Origin: Amphiscolops sp. MND2022
Taxonomy: Eukaryota
Length of the DNA: 64,000 nt
NCBI GenBank assembly: GCA_964187785.1
Contig: OZ076411.1
Location: forward strand, 26,040,001 to 26,104,000
Direction: 5' to 3'
Shown: in pieces, positions 31,839 to 43,328 of the stretch
How the letters are laid out: each line of letters begins with the position of its first letter
Numbering within the stretch: the first letter of the stretch is position 1
Position numbers and translations under genes: made by a program
Notes under the pieces: generated by a model
What the model was told of the DNA's origin: nothing
Database searches by the model: none
The model's input: only the letters and a program-made list of their open reading frames with translations

Positions 31839-33148
31839 CTGCGTTTGTAAAGTAATATATCCAAACCATTATAATTTTGATTATCTTGAACATTAATGGT
31901 ATTTGGCTTCGTTTTCAGGTTTTGAACTTAAATTTTAACCTTGACTTTGAATTGATCTGTTTTTCAATTGATGCTCAATGAATTCCTGTAACCTAGAATT
32001 ATGCAATTCATCAGCAAATTGCGACATCAGCGTTTCAAAAAGATTCCTGAAAAAGGAAAAAATCGCCTTCAGAGAAAAATCTCGGTTATAAAATCAACAA
32101 CAAAAGGTTTTCGAATGTTAGAGAAACATGATGTGACCTTAAAAATTATTACTCCAATTAGCTCTTTTTAAACCATTATTAATTTGAACCTTGACATCCT
32201 TACGTCTAAAAAATATTTTGCTATATAGGTTGTATAAAGATTAGTGCTAGTTAAAATTTCATTTCCACGCAATTACTTTTACTTTTTATCAAGATTGTTC
32301 GACGTGAGTGCTCGTATTCCCAATCTGGTCACTTTATGTTTATAGTGTGCCTCCACTTCAATATCTCTCGTCCACTGAGTTACTAATGCGACTAAGTGGT
32401 TGAGAAAATCTTCTTTATCTTCGTGATGAAAATCGAGGAACTGTTCAATTTGATCACAAAGAAGAAATAATTTGCATAAATTGAAAAAGAATGCTGCATC
32501 AACTTCAACGTACCCATTTAAGAGTCACTGCGTTCATTGAAACCACTTTTTATGTAGGAATTTTTACGCTGTGTAATGATGTCTGTAACTTCCGTTCTGT
32601 TGTTTTTTGTTCAGGCTAATTTCTGTTTGTTCCCACGTCAAGCAGTGGTATCATCGTCATGATGAAAAACGTTCACGCTTGATTGATAATTGAAGCTTTT
32701 ACTTACTGTGTTTCTCAATGTGTGCTTTGAAATTTTTTCAACTTGTGATGTTTCGTTATAGCCTGGATAATCACATTTTAGCAACAGTTTAAGCACTCAC
32801 TTTCCCTTCTCGTTTGCTTCCTATTGTTGGAAACCACGTTTCACCAATTTAAGAGCCACGGCGCATCAGTTTCGGTAAATATTTGACGCGCTGTTGCATA
32901 ATGCTTAACATCATTGACATCATCTTTTCACACTCGTCGAATACCAAATCGGCACACGCCTAAGCATCCCAGTATGGTTTTTTGTGAATTGGTGGCATGG
33001 CATTACCAAGCATTCTGCTTCCTTTCTGTCATTAAAATAGCAAATAGCTGCTGTATTCTTTTATAATTAAACAGCATTTACAACTTTCATCAGTCTGGAG
33101 AGATCTGCCAAATCGCATAGTTTTACTTTTTCATCAATTACACTCACA

Positions 33149-34912
33149 ATGCGCTTTGGACTGAAGCGTTCAATTAAAATTACTTTCTTGATTTTCTTTG
33201 TTTATGTTTGCTGTTCATATTTTTCTTTGGATCAATTATTGTCTCTCTCGAACGAAGGTGATACAGAAGACTTTGTTCTGGAACCACCTTTCATAGCAAT
33301 TGGCCGTTCTAAACGATGGCCAAAAGACTGGAAAAGTGGCGAACGGGACCCTTATTATGGCTTAATTCTCAGCAAAGAAAGGAAAGATGCGCCCGGCGAG
33401 AATGGCGAGACGGTCAAGCTTACAGAGCAAGAAGAAGTCGAATCTAGGCGTCGTTGGTCTGAGAACCAGTTTGATATTGTTAGAAGCGATAAAGTGGCCA
33501 TGGATCGAACGGTGCAAGATCTCCGTAACCCTGACTGCTTTAAAGTCCATTACGACAAAAAACTTCCCCTCACTTCTGTCATCATCATTTTCTACAATGA
33601 AGCTCCGTCTGTACTTATCAGAACAGTTGTAAGTGTTATCAACATGTCACCTACAGATGCAATAAAAGAGATTATTTTAGTTGACGACTTTAGCGACAAA
33701 CATCAAGTATCTGAAACTCTCCCTCATTTCATAACTGAATACTTGCCACCTATTGTTAAGCTTGTCCGCACCAACCAAAGATCAGGATTAACCCGTGCTA
33801 GGATGTTTGGATCTGATTTGGCCAAAGGTGACGTCATTCTGTTTCTGGATAGCCATTGTGAAGCCAGTCCAGGCTGGCTCGAGCCGATTCTCCAGAGAAT
33901 CAAAGATGATGATACTAATGTAGTTATGCCATCACACGATATCATTGGCGCGAAAGAGTTCAATTTTTTCGGTTCAAAAGTTATTTACAATCAAGGTATT
34001 TTCAACTGGGAATTATTACACACATGGCAAAGTTTGCCAAACTTTGACGCTGCCAAAATAAAAACGCGTGCTGACCCTGTGAGGTCTCCAACCATGGCAG
34101 GTGGTTTGTTTGCAATATCCAGAAGATTTTGGGAGTACCTGGGAAAGTATGACCCAGGGTTTCAAGTTTGGGGTGGAGAAAATTTAGAACTGTCATTTAA
34201 AACATGGATGTGTGGCGGACGGTTAGACATTATTCCTTGCTCTCACGTGGGACATGTTTTTAGAGAAAAACAGCCATACAGTTTGAGAAACGCCATGACC
34301 TTCAACCAAAAAAGACTGGCCGAAGTATGGCTTGATGAGTATAAAGAAATTATTTACAACAATCATCCTCATTTGCGCAATTTGGATGCAGGTGACGTTT
34401 CCAGTAGAATTGAATTGAGAAAAAGTTTGAATTGTAAAGATTTCGGATGGTATCTGAAAAACGTTGTTCCTGATATGTACGTGCCTTCATTAAAAAATTA
34501 TCAAGAAGGGGTCTTGAAACTTAAAAATAGCCCTTTCTGTATGCGGGCCTCAACGTCGAAGATAGTGATTGTTACTAACAAATGTTCAGTAGATAAAGAT
34601 CAGCAATATTATTACACAGACCAAAATGAAATTAGATTTGGGTTCAAACATTGCTTAGAACTGAAGGAATCTAACGACGAAGTAGAAATGGAGAAATGTG
34701 ATGGGAAAAATAAACAAAAGTTCAAGTTGAGCTCTGATGGCTCCTTGAAATCCTTCGAAGTGATCGATCAGTGTTTAACTGTTGACGACAACTTGAGTAA
34801 AACAGCCAAACCTGTTATGATGATGAATTGCGTCGAAAGTAATGTTCGTCAAAAGTGGGAATTCGTGAGTCCGAGTGAATTCAAAACGAATGACAACCTT
34901 CAGCGCCGGTGA
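33149..34912 (+). CDS. GALNT: Polypeptide N-acetylgalactosaminyltransferase (GT27 family), 587 aa, no coding introns
   Basis: N-terminal type II TM (ITFLIFFVYVCCSYF); TSVIIIFYNEA; GLTRAR; DxH motif FLDSHCE; SPTMAGGLFAI; WGGENLELSFK.WMCGG; PCSHVGHVFR; C-terminal ricin-type lectin with QxW-like repeats. Confidence 0.96.
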   Translation: MRFGLKRSIKITFLIFFVYVCCSYFSLDQLLSLSNEGDTEDFVLEPPFIAIGRSKRWPKDWKSGERDPYYGLILSKERKDAPGENGETVKLTEQEEVESRRRWSENQFDIVRSDKVAMDRTVQDLRNPDCFKVHYDKKLPLTSVIIIFYNEAPSVLIRTVVSVINMSPTDAIKEIILVDDFSDKHQVSETLPHFITEYLPPIVKLVRTNQRSGLTRARMFGSDLAKGDVILFLDSHCEASPGWLEPILQRIKDDDTNVVMPSHDIIGAKEFNFFGSKVIYNQGIFNWELLHTWQSLPNFDAAKIKTRADPVRSPTMAGGLFAISRRFWEYLGKYDPGFQVWGGENLELSFKTWMCGGRLDIIPCSHVGHVFREKQPYSLRNAMTFNQKRLAEVWLDEYKEIIYNNHPHLRNLDAGDVSSRIELRKSLNCKDFGWYLKNVVPDMYVPSLKNYQEGVLKLKNSPFCMRASTSKIVIVTNKCSVDKDQQYYYTDQNEIRFGFKHCLELKESNDEVEMEKCDGKNKQKFKLSSDGSLKSFEVIDQCLTVDDNLSKTAKPVMMMNCVESNVRQKWEFVSPSEFKTNDNLQRR

Positions 34913-37900
34913 GAAACCACCACTCGCGTTGATAAACTTTCAAATTCACTGAATGAATGCAAAACTTCAGAATTCTGCCAAAGCCACCATTTCCACGTCA
35001 AGAAGATGTTTTTATTTATTCAAATTCACAACCCACGCAGGCCTTATCAATGGTCCGGTCATTTCAAATGAAACTTGACTACTGTTTATTGGTTAAATTT
35101 ATTAAATTTCATGTTAAATATTTTTAATTTATTCTTCGTATCTTGTATCGAAACTGACTTTCTATGAAAATATAAGCCAGATGTTTGAAGCACTATCAAG
35201 GTCATCTCAAGTTGTATTTGGAAACTTGTTTTAACGTGGATTATGGTCTTTCTGATGTCTTCAAAGCGTTGGCTGGCTAAAGTTACACAACTTTGAAAAG
35301 GTAGTTCTGTAAATTTCAGACAACTTCAGACCAAAAATTACGTAGCCTCGAAACCTGTATAATGCCATATATGGTGTTTGAGCGGCATTATAGACTCAAA
35401 ATAACAATCAGACTTCACTCACGATAGGTTGATAATGTCTCATATTTCGACAGCTGGTTGTTTTTTTCCGCCTCCTTTCTACCGTCCATTACGGGTCCTA
35501 ATTTAGGGCACAAGTGCTCAAGCAGTTTCTAACAACCGCGGTCGTCTAAAAAGCATCACATAATTACTACATACTTTGAAAACAGAATGCGCGAAAAATC
35601 CCTCTGGAGTCACCTTGAACAAATTGACGTGTTGTTAGTTGAGAGGAAGAAGTTTTTTTCATCGAATGAAAAAATTATACATTGGATTGAGGACGCAAAT
35701 GAGTCTTTTGACTCTACTTGTTGTGCTCTTTGGGAGCCAGTTAAGCAGCATTGAACAAAACTTGAATAGTTTGAAGTAGAAATGGGCGCCGCTCAAGCTA
35801 ACTAAAATCAGCGGCTTACCTCAATTCGCTAGCGGCGCGCCGGCTCAGTCGGCTCTCTTTTTTAAAAAATGCGAATATGAAACTAAATTCGATAACGCTT
35901 TTTCACAAAATCGTAGTATTCATGAACAAAAATCTTGTATCGAAAATAATTAGAGATAATTGGGACCGCTTGCTGGTAATGATAAAACCTACTGAATTCC
36001 ATGAACGCTCAATCGCACGCAGCCGATGTCGACGGTCTTGTGAATAAAAATCGTGCAAGTTTCGACAATCTGGGGAAATGATTTTTTGACTTTTGGATAA
36101 AATATTAAGCCGGCGTAAGCTAACGCTGCTCAGCGGCGCACGTAATTAATCCCATGCAGAGGCGGCTGATTGGCTGGCGTCCATTACTAGTTTGGAGAAA
36201 AAATTTCCAATAGCTCTTTGTCATCTACTACGGAAAGTTGATTTATTTTATTACCGAAATTTTGTTTTGATCCTGGTTACTTAGTGTAAATTATTTGGTA
36301 TTGAGTGGAAGTAAATCAGCCAGTTATGTGCACTGAACAGTTTGTTTCCTATTGACTTCTTGTCTCGCTTTTTTATATTGTATTATGTATGTATTAAACT
36401 TTTTTGCTTTCTACGAGTATTGCAGACATTTGTGTTTTCAATTGTCTTAAAAAACAAAACATGGCAAAATCCTCTAAGGTGTTTCAGTATTTCAAGAAAA
36501 TTCTTTGATATAAATTCCGTAAATGTTCAAAACATTTTCATGAGAGTAAGTTGTTGCAAATATTCCGATAGAATCGTTTAATAAATAGCTCCTTATCTTT
36601 TCATTGGGCTGTGTCGTTTGATTCCAAGATTGTCTTACTTGTAGCACCATAGATTGGCATCCCATATTCTAATTACGATTTTTCCAATGAAATGTAAAAC
36701 TTATGAGATTTCTGAGGGTACATATGTCTAACCTCATACAGAAGACCAGATAATTTGTTCAACTGTTTTGTTTGGAAAGGGATATGATCTTGGAATTCAA
36801 ATTTTGATCTAAGTAATCACCTTAGGTTTTACATAAACTTGGTTCTCTGTGTGAAGGAGATGTGGCAACAGTTTCGCAATTTCGAATGTCAAAACTTCAC
36901 AATTGTCCACATTTAGTGTTTTTTCTGTTGAGCCAATTTTTAACAGGTTCTCGGTTTTGCTGGCAAAAACTTGCAAAGGTTTTTGTTCTAATTTATAAAC
37001 GCAGTTGTCATCTGCGAAACGTGTCAAATCAGTATGTTAACTTTGTTTGGGTTGATCATTATTGTATATTAAAACGAGAGGGGAACGTCTCAAATTGACG
37101 CTTTACTTAGGGATCGAAAAGTTGAAAGTCTTCGAACTATGCTCAGGACGTTGGGCCAAACTCACAAAACAAGTTCAGAAGTTCGGATATAATTGGAACA
37201 AAGCTTGAACAAGTTGGAGGCTCTTTTTCCGAACTTCCGCCTTGGTATACGCAGTATAGTTCGGATATAAGGTCAAAACTTCGTATATAACGCTTTACTT
37301 CAGACATTACGTCAAACATTCGGATAGTTTTGAAAATAAAGTATTGGATATAATTTGACGAAGTCTAACCTCAGACGAAAAATGAGAAATTCGAACAGTC
37401 TCTCAGTGCCGAAAAAAATAACGGAGGGAACCTCTGGGATTTTTACTAACTATTTCGTTGCAAAATATCATAAAAAATGAAGGGCTTTTCTGGGGGCAAT
37501 AAAAACTTTTAGAAAAAGTATGTTGTGAAAGTAGAAATTAAAAAGGATTAGCTTTGCAGTTACATAGATATGTTTCCCAGGTCTTCGTTTAGTGAACCAA
37601 ACTGAACAAAAATTTCGTCGCTTCCGAGTCTGTCTTGGAGAAAATTTTTTAGAAAACGAGTGACTGTAATAGTCGGGCTCTATAGCGTTTTAGAAGACAA
37701 AAAATAAAGGACCCTAGGTCGATTCCTGTGGTGCCCTTTTGGTATCATTGTTTTTTCTGAAGTTTTTCCCTGATTAGTCACAAATTGCCTCGATTGCTTA
37801 GATAGTCTGCAAGTAAGCTATTTATTTTTCCTCAGAAGCTATACCTTTCTAATCTCTTCAAAAGTTTACTGTTATGAATAGTATCGAACGCGTTTGGTAA

Positions 37901-38365
37901 ATCTGGAAAGCACTTGAGAAATCTGCCCGACTATTAGAGTGACTGGTTTTTGTTCTTTTCTCCAGGCCACAGAGCTCACCCTGAATGTACCACGTTTTAG
38001 TAGAAACTTCAATCAGTTTAGGGGGACACAGCTTGTTCCCCCAATATTCAATTGCGACGGCCTAGGTGGTCAATCTTTTTTTACTACTCCACAATGAATA
38101 GTTTTAGTTTTAAACAATAAAACTCATTTACATTTTTATGACAAGCGACTAAAAGTTTTATGAAATGACGAAAGAGATTCTCATTGCATGTATTGTAAAT
38201 TGGTCACCGACCGTGTCCGGTGTGAAATTGATAATTTGAGTTTTGTATTTCCTACGAGGTAACAAAAAATAAATTTAATGTTCATTCAGTCATTGCTCGA
38301 TTAGATTTTGTCCAGATTGTGACTAGCTTTCATAAGATCAACTATGGAAACCCAAGGTCTGTTCA

Positions 38366-38458
38366 GGCGGTAGAATGATGATCCCAATTGGAGACAAGGA
38401 TATAGACTACCATCAAGATTTCCTATTCTACATGACAACAAAACTCGCCAACCCGCAC
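38366..38458 (+). pseudogene. Orphan ~31-codon fragment of a different axonemal dynein heavy chain (AAA5 region)
   Basis: GGRMMIPIGDKDIDYHQDFLFYMTTKLANPH matches the dynein G.R...GD..I.Y..DF.FYMTTKL.NPH segment but differs from the local gene ([33 protein letters not shown]). Homology stops at both ends. Confidence 0.75.
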
Positions 38459-40238
38459 CAAGGCTGCTGCTTCTGTGAACTTGAATCGAGTATTTGCTAC
38501 AACCAGAAACGTTTTCGTGCATTTGCGAAACCGGACGAGTCTGAAGGATCCCCAGGTCATTTTTTTCCGGAAATGTGCGACGTTTTTCCCAAAACTTTTT
38601 TGTCTGCAAAGGGCTTCCCTTTAAATTTGTTAATCTTATGCAACAAACTGGAGTTTCAAAAAACCCAAAAACACTGTGCGACTTTTGGGCACTATGAGAC
38701 AGGTTCAAAGTTCTCATTTTTGGTGTGAAATTAGGTTCTCAAAATATACCCAAAAACATTTTTCGGCAATACTAACCGTCAACTAATACTTGACGTAATA
38801 TCCGGAGTAAAGCACTATATCCAAATTTTTGAGGTTATATCCGAGCTAAATTGCATCTTACTAAGAACGAGGCGGATTTTCGAAAACAAGAGTTTTTCAT
38901 GAAAACAACGCATTTTTTAAAACCTAATTGAGCCCTAGGTATAACACCGACTTTAGACGTTCCCGTAATTTTTTCACATTTTTCACTCCAACATTTCTGT
39001 CTGCATGTTGTCGTCACCGTAAAGATAAAACGAGTTTCTTTTGACATTCGGAAGAAACCTCACCTTGAACAATTTTACAATTTTGTTTTCAGTATGTCAC
39101 ATGTTTGAGTTCTGGCCAGTGGTTTGATAAGGTTGTTATTCCCTAAAATATTGTTTCCTAACTGTTCACTAATAGTGAAAACAAGACAATTCCGTTTCAG
39201 AATTTTTTCGTGAGTTTTCCAAGTCCCAGTCAGCAGCTATGTTCAAATCAGACTTTGGCCTGTCTGTTCGTTTCCAGAAAAACCCAGAAATCTTGATTTT
39301 TGAGCGTGACGAACACATTCTATGCAGAACTGTATAGAAAATATTTGTTCGGATCTCATTTTTTATCATTTGAAGACTGACTTCTCAATAATTGTTTCTC
39401 TAATGCGCGAACAAAGTTTGTAGAACTTCCATTCTCGTCTTTTTGATTTTCCTAAAAAGATCACGAAAAGAGTAGATGGTTTTCAAGGTCTTTTTGAAGA
39501 ATAATTCGTATCTACGAAATCTCCGAAGTGTTTGATGCTAACTTCAGGTTTTATCGAAAACCTCTCATTTGATAGTTCTTTGATGTTATTCAATTCACTT
39601 TTCAATAGTTCTTTAAAAAACTATAAATTCGGAGTTTGCATTTATATTGAGATGATCGGAAGCAAAACAATCACAACGATTTTCCATTTTCTTCTGTAGC
39701 ATTTCAATACCAGCTTCATTACAATTTGCGGTCACATACACGAAGCTACCATGAGTGTACTTTACCAAGTTCGAAAGTGGTGGCTCTGTGTTCTGCATGC
39801 TCTTCACATGAATTTTGGTAAGTAATGGACCAAAAACACCCTATATTTTAAATACTTGGAATAGTTTTAGATCCAGAAAAACAGCTGGAACATCAACATT
39901 CTGATGAATTCCGTCCTCTGAATATTTCTGTGGGAAAAAATAAAATATCAGTTTAAAAACCTCTTTTTGTGAAGATATCCTGTTTGGAACTGCTGGAACG
40001 CTTGACATAAACTTCTCAAAGAAGCGTCCATGCATTACAACTTCACTGATTCGATTTATTATCAAACTGCCTATAAGATGCATCCTAAAGTTGGCGGCAA
40101 TTCTGCGCTGCAAAGTTTTGCAGGTTTCATTAGGACGCCGTTCTAATTTTTAAAGCAGCTGAGATCTTCATCAATTTTACCGCGCTTTCAATGCAAATAA
40201 ATTTCAGTTACATTATAGGTTTCAAAGTAGCGTCATAT

Positions 40239-40889
40239 TCAACGTGCTTCTTGACTAAGGGTGATTTCAGAAGGTACTTTATTGAGAAACTTACGCGTGA
40301 AAACAAAGTGATCTCTCTTCAAATATTTAGGAAAGTTACTGTAATGACAACTAGGCGCGGTGTCTCTCAAATCACCAACAGACCTTGAGTCCTTTTTTGT
40401 TATCTTCGATTTCAACCCGGATGAACTTTCCCTATTTTCCTGACTACCAGGAGACATGCTGGCCTCAGTGTCCATGTTCCCTGAAGATGACATTGACCTA
40501 ACAATGTTTTGGATCTCTGGAATGACTCTTTCAGCTATAGCTGTCGTAACAGCTCTATTTATTTGACTATGCATCATGGACATCATTGAATCCATCTCTT
40601 GTGATAGTCTAAGATTGAATTCATTTGAGAAAGTCTCAAAGGACTGCCTGACTTCATTTTGCCTTAGCAAGTCATTTTCATGCAAGTAATTTCTATACTC
40701 GTTTTCTTGGTATGCGTTTGTATCAGCGTCCTCATGGGTCGACGACTGATCTATGGCTTCAGCTAATTCCCTTTCTATGGGGTTATTGTTGATATTTCCC
40801 AACATTACGTCTAAGTTTTCAAAGTCGGACATCATGTCCATTTCTCTAGATTTCCTGGCCTTTGCCTTTTGTCTTCTTGTGGAAGGCAT
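40239..40889 (-). mobile_element. Probable truncated 5' end (gag-like ORF) of a retroelement, fused to a dispersed repeat
   Basis: 216-aa ORF (MPSTRRQKAKARKSREMDMMSDF..). Its last ~35 codons are read from the dispersed repeat starting near 40350, showing truncation. The gag assignment is inference; no catalytic motif is visible. Confidence 0.45.
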
Positions 40890-43115
40890 AAGAAATTGTC
40901 ACAAGGTAAAGATGTTAATTATCTTTTAACTTGCAAATACAACGTAATATTACTGTAATAAGTAACTTTAACATGTAGCTTTTCACAACTTGTGTCCCCG
41001 GGACTAAATATCCCGGCTATATATATTAAAAACTACATGACAGTCAGAATATGAGTTGTCATATTCTAAAAATAGCCTTAAGGGCTTTCTAAAAATAGTA
41101 ACAATTCTAAAAATAGCAACAACTAGCTATTGACATCGTTATGATGTGAGTGACTTTAAAGGAGGTTTCCCGACAGGTAACCTGTTGGCGGGAAGCCCTT
41201 GCGTCTAGAAAGCATATTAACAGCACACATATACATAAGCAAATTACATGCGTCCCATTATCTAGCATGAGATTTATTAACAGCACGCAACATTTCATTA
41301 CCATGCGGTCTTTCGACACTATGTATCCATTTCATGAGAAATTAAAGGCTTTTCTAAGTTCTGAGTAATTGTATTCATCGTTTAGCACCTTTAATTCAAA
41401 AGTGGACTCAGCGTCCAATGGACGCGGCAGTCCTTATTCGTTTGGCGACAGTCGGCATATGGCCGTCAAGTCCTTTAATTAAAGCGCCGCGTACAGTTTG
41501 AATGAGAGCTGGTCAATCTAATACTGCGCTCTGATTGGTCAAAATTCATTTAGACTTGCTGTCCAAGGCGACAGGCGAGGAAACATTTGAACTCGTTTCC
41601 TTTACCTGTACGCCTTGGTGTCCAATTCGCTAGCAACGTACAAATTAACACTAGTATTACGTAATATTAAATCATCACTAAATGATATTTTACATTCAGA
41701 ATAGATAAATTACATGACTTCTAAGGTATAAATGCAGTTTATTTCAAATGTTTCAATTCAAATGGATCGTGTTGGGTAGGGCTTTTTGATAGTTATGGCA
41801 AATAGAATACAAGTTGCCATCACAGGCGGACGCCTGGGACAGTTACCATCATTTGAAAAAATATTTATTAACAAGCCGGGAACGGCTTAATTGGGCGCCC
41901 CTCTTAAGGTACATGATAGCAGAAGTACTTCAAAGCGTCAATAATTCTCTTTCGAATAAATTCTCAATTTCTCAGTACCGAAAAACCAAAAGGACCTTTC
42001 CGAATGGGGACCACTTTTCTCGAATAACCCCCTCCTTACTAAAACGTAATCTATTTGGAATATAACGTCAATATTTGGTTCATATCAGAAAAGACAAATA
42101 ATTTAGTTCAGACCGATAGGCCAGATGGTACATTCCAAGATTTTGTGGAATTTTTGAAGAGCTATTTTGGTCAATTTGTGTGGATTGAAAAAACGTGGGG
42201 AAAGTTACCACTAATGGGGAAACAACTATAACAAGGTATGCTGAAAAGTTTCATTATCTGAAAGTGTTCTTCATATAAAGCTACCATCGAAAACTTTTCA
42301 ATAATGCACAACAAAATAGTCAGAAACAGGAAATTCAGTTTTTTTCCACTTCCTTAATGCTGCCGAAAAAGAATCGAATTTCAATTTTTTTGCAAGCGGT
42401 GACAAAAAAACATCAAAGACGCTGGTTGGGGTTATGAGATATTAGCATACAAACAACCAGCCAGGAAAGACCCAAGTGAGCACCTTTCCTTTGTTTTACA
42501 TAATGACATCAAGTGAAATTTCGGTGATGCGTCAAAGCAAAGCATGCCAAGAGCTTTCGGAATTCAGGTCATTGATGTGAAACAATTCTCAGCGTGGTAA
42601 TCGCAAAATTGAATCTAATTATAACAAAGTTAGAAAACAAGGAGAAAAAAATTCAACTAACAACGCAATAAAAAATTCAATCGGGATTCGATCATTGAGT
42701 CATTTTCTTTCAAGAACCTAATGTACAAGTATAAGGACCGTAGCTTGCTGTTTGAACTACTATAATAACTTCAACTATTCAGATTTTTTACCCGATGGGA
42801 ACGGTCTCCAAGAATTTCAAACATTCAACGTTTGTTTCAATATTTATACGGTTTTTTTCTCACTCAACCCCACATTTTGAATCGAAGCTTCAAAATGAAA
42901 ACCATTGCTTCACGTGGATCCATTTAATAGTCTACATTTTCCCACTTCAAAAATTGTTCAAGAAAATGTTATCAATGAGCGCAAAGTGCCTTGTCTGCAT
43001 GAATCTCATCAGATTTTTAGTTTTGCGATGAGTTATTAATAATTTTTAATTCTCAATCGGTTTTCTATTTACAAGGAACTCATAGAGTTGGCAATAAATC
43101 TATATATACAAAATA

Positions 43116-43121
43116 TTTATT
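43116..43121 (-). terminator. Candidate polyadenylation signal of the dynein gene
   Basis: AATAAA on the minus strand ~105 nt after the dynein stop codon. Confidence 0.55.
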
Positions 43122-43224
43122 TATATTACATTGAGTGTAGTCTGTTTTCTGGCGCGGCAATTTACAAGTTTTCGACCCATTCCAGTGGCTTTTTTCTCCT
43201 TGGAAAACGAGGGTGGGGTTTTGC

Positions 43225-43328
43225 CTAGTCGTCCAACTGGCAGAGTAAAGCGACTCCTCTGTTGACCCAGTGGGCTTCCGGCATTTTGGAAGGCAGCTGC
43301 ATGTACATGACGAAGTTGGTAGAGTGAC
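43225..43328 (-). CDS. DNAH3: Dynein terminal exon
   Basis: ttttttctcag|GT CAC TCT: (G)[33 protein letters not shown]. Phase 1 matches the donor at 47097. Confidence 0.93.

Noticed and set aside
38375-38728. The 117-aa ORF as a gene
   Set aside because: Only the first ~28 codons are dynein-like; the rest reads through dispersed repeat sequence.
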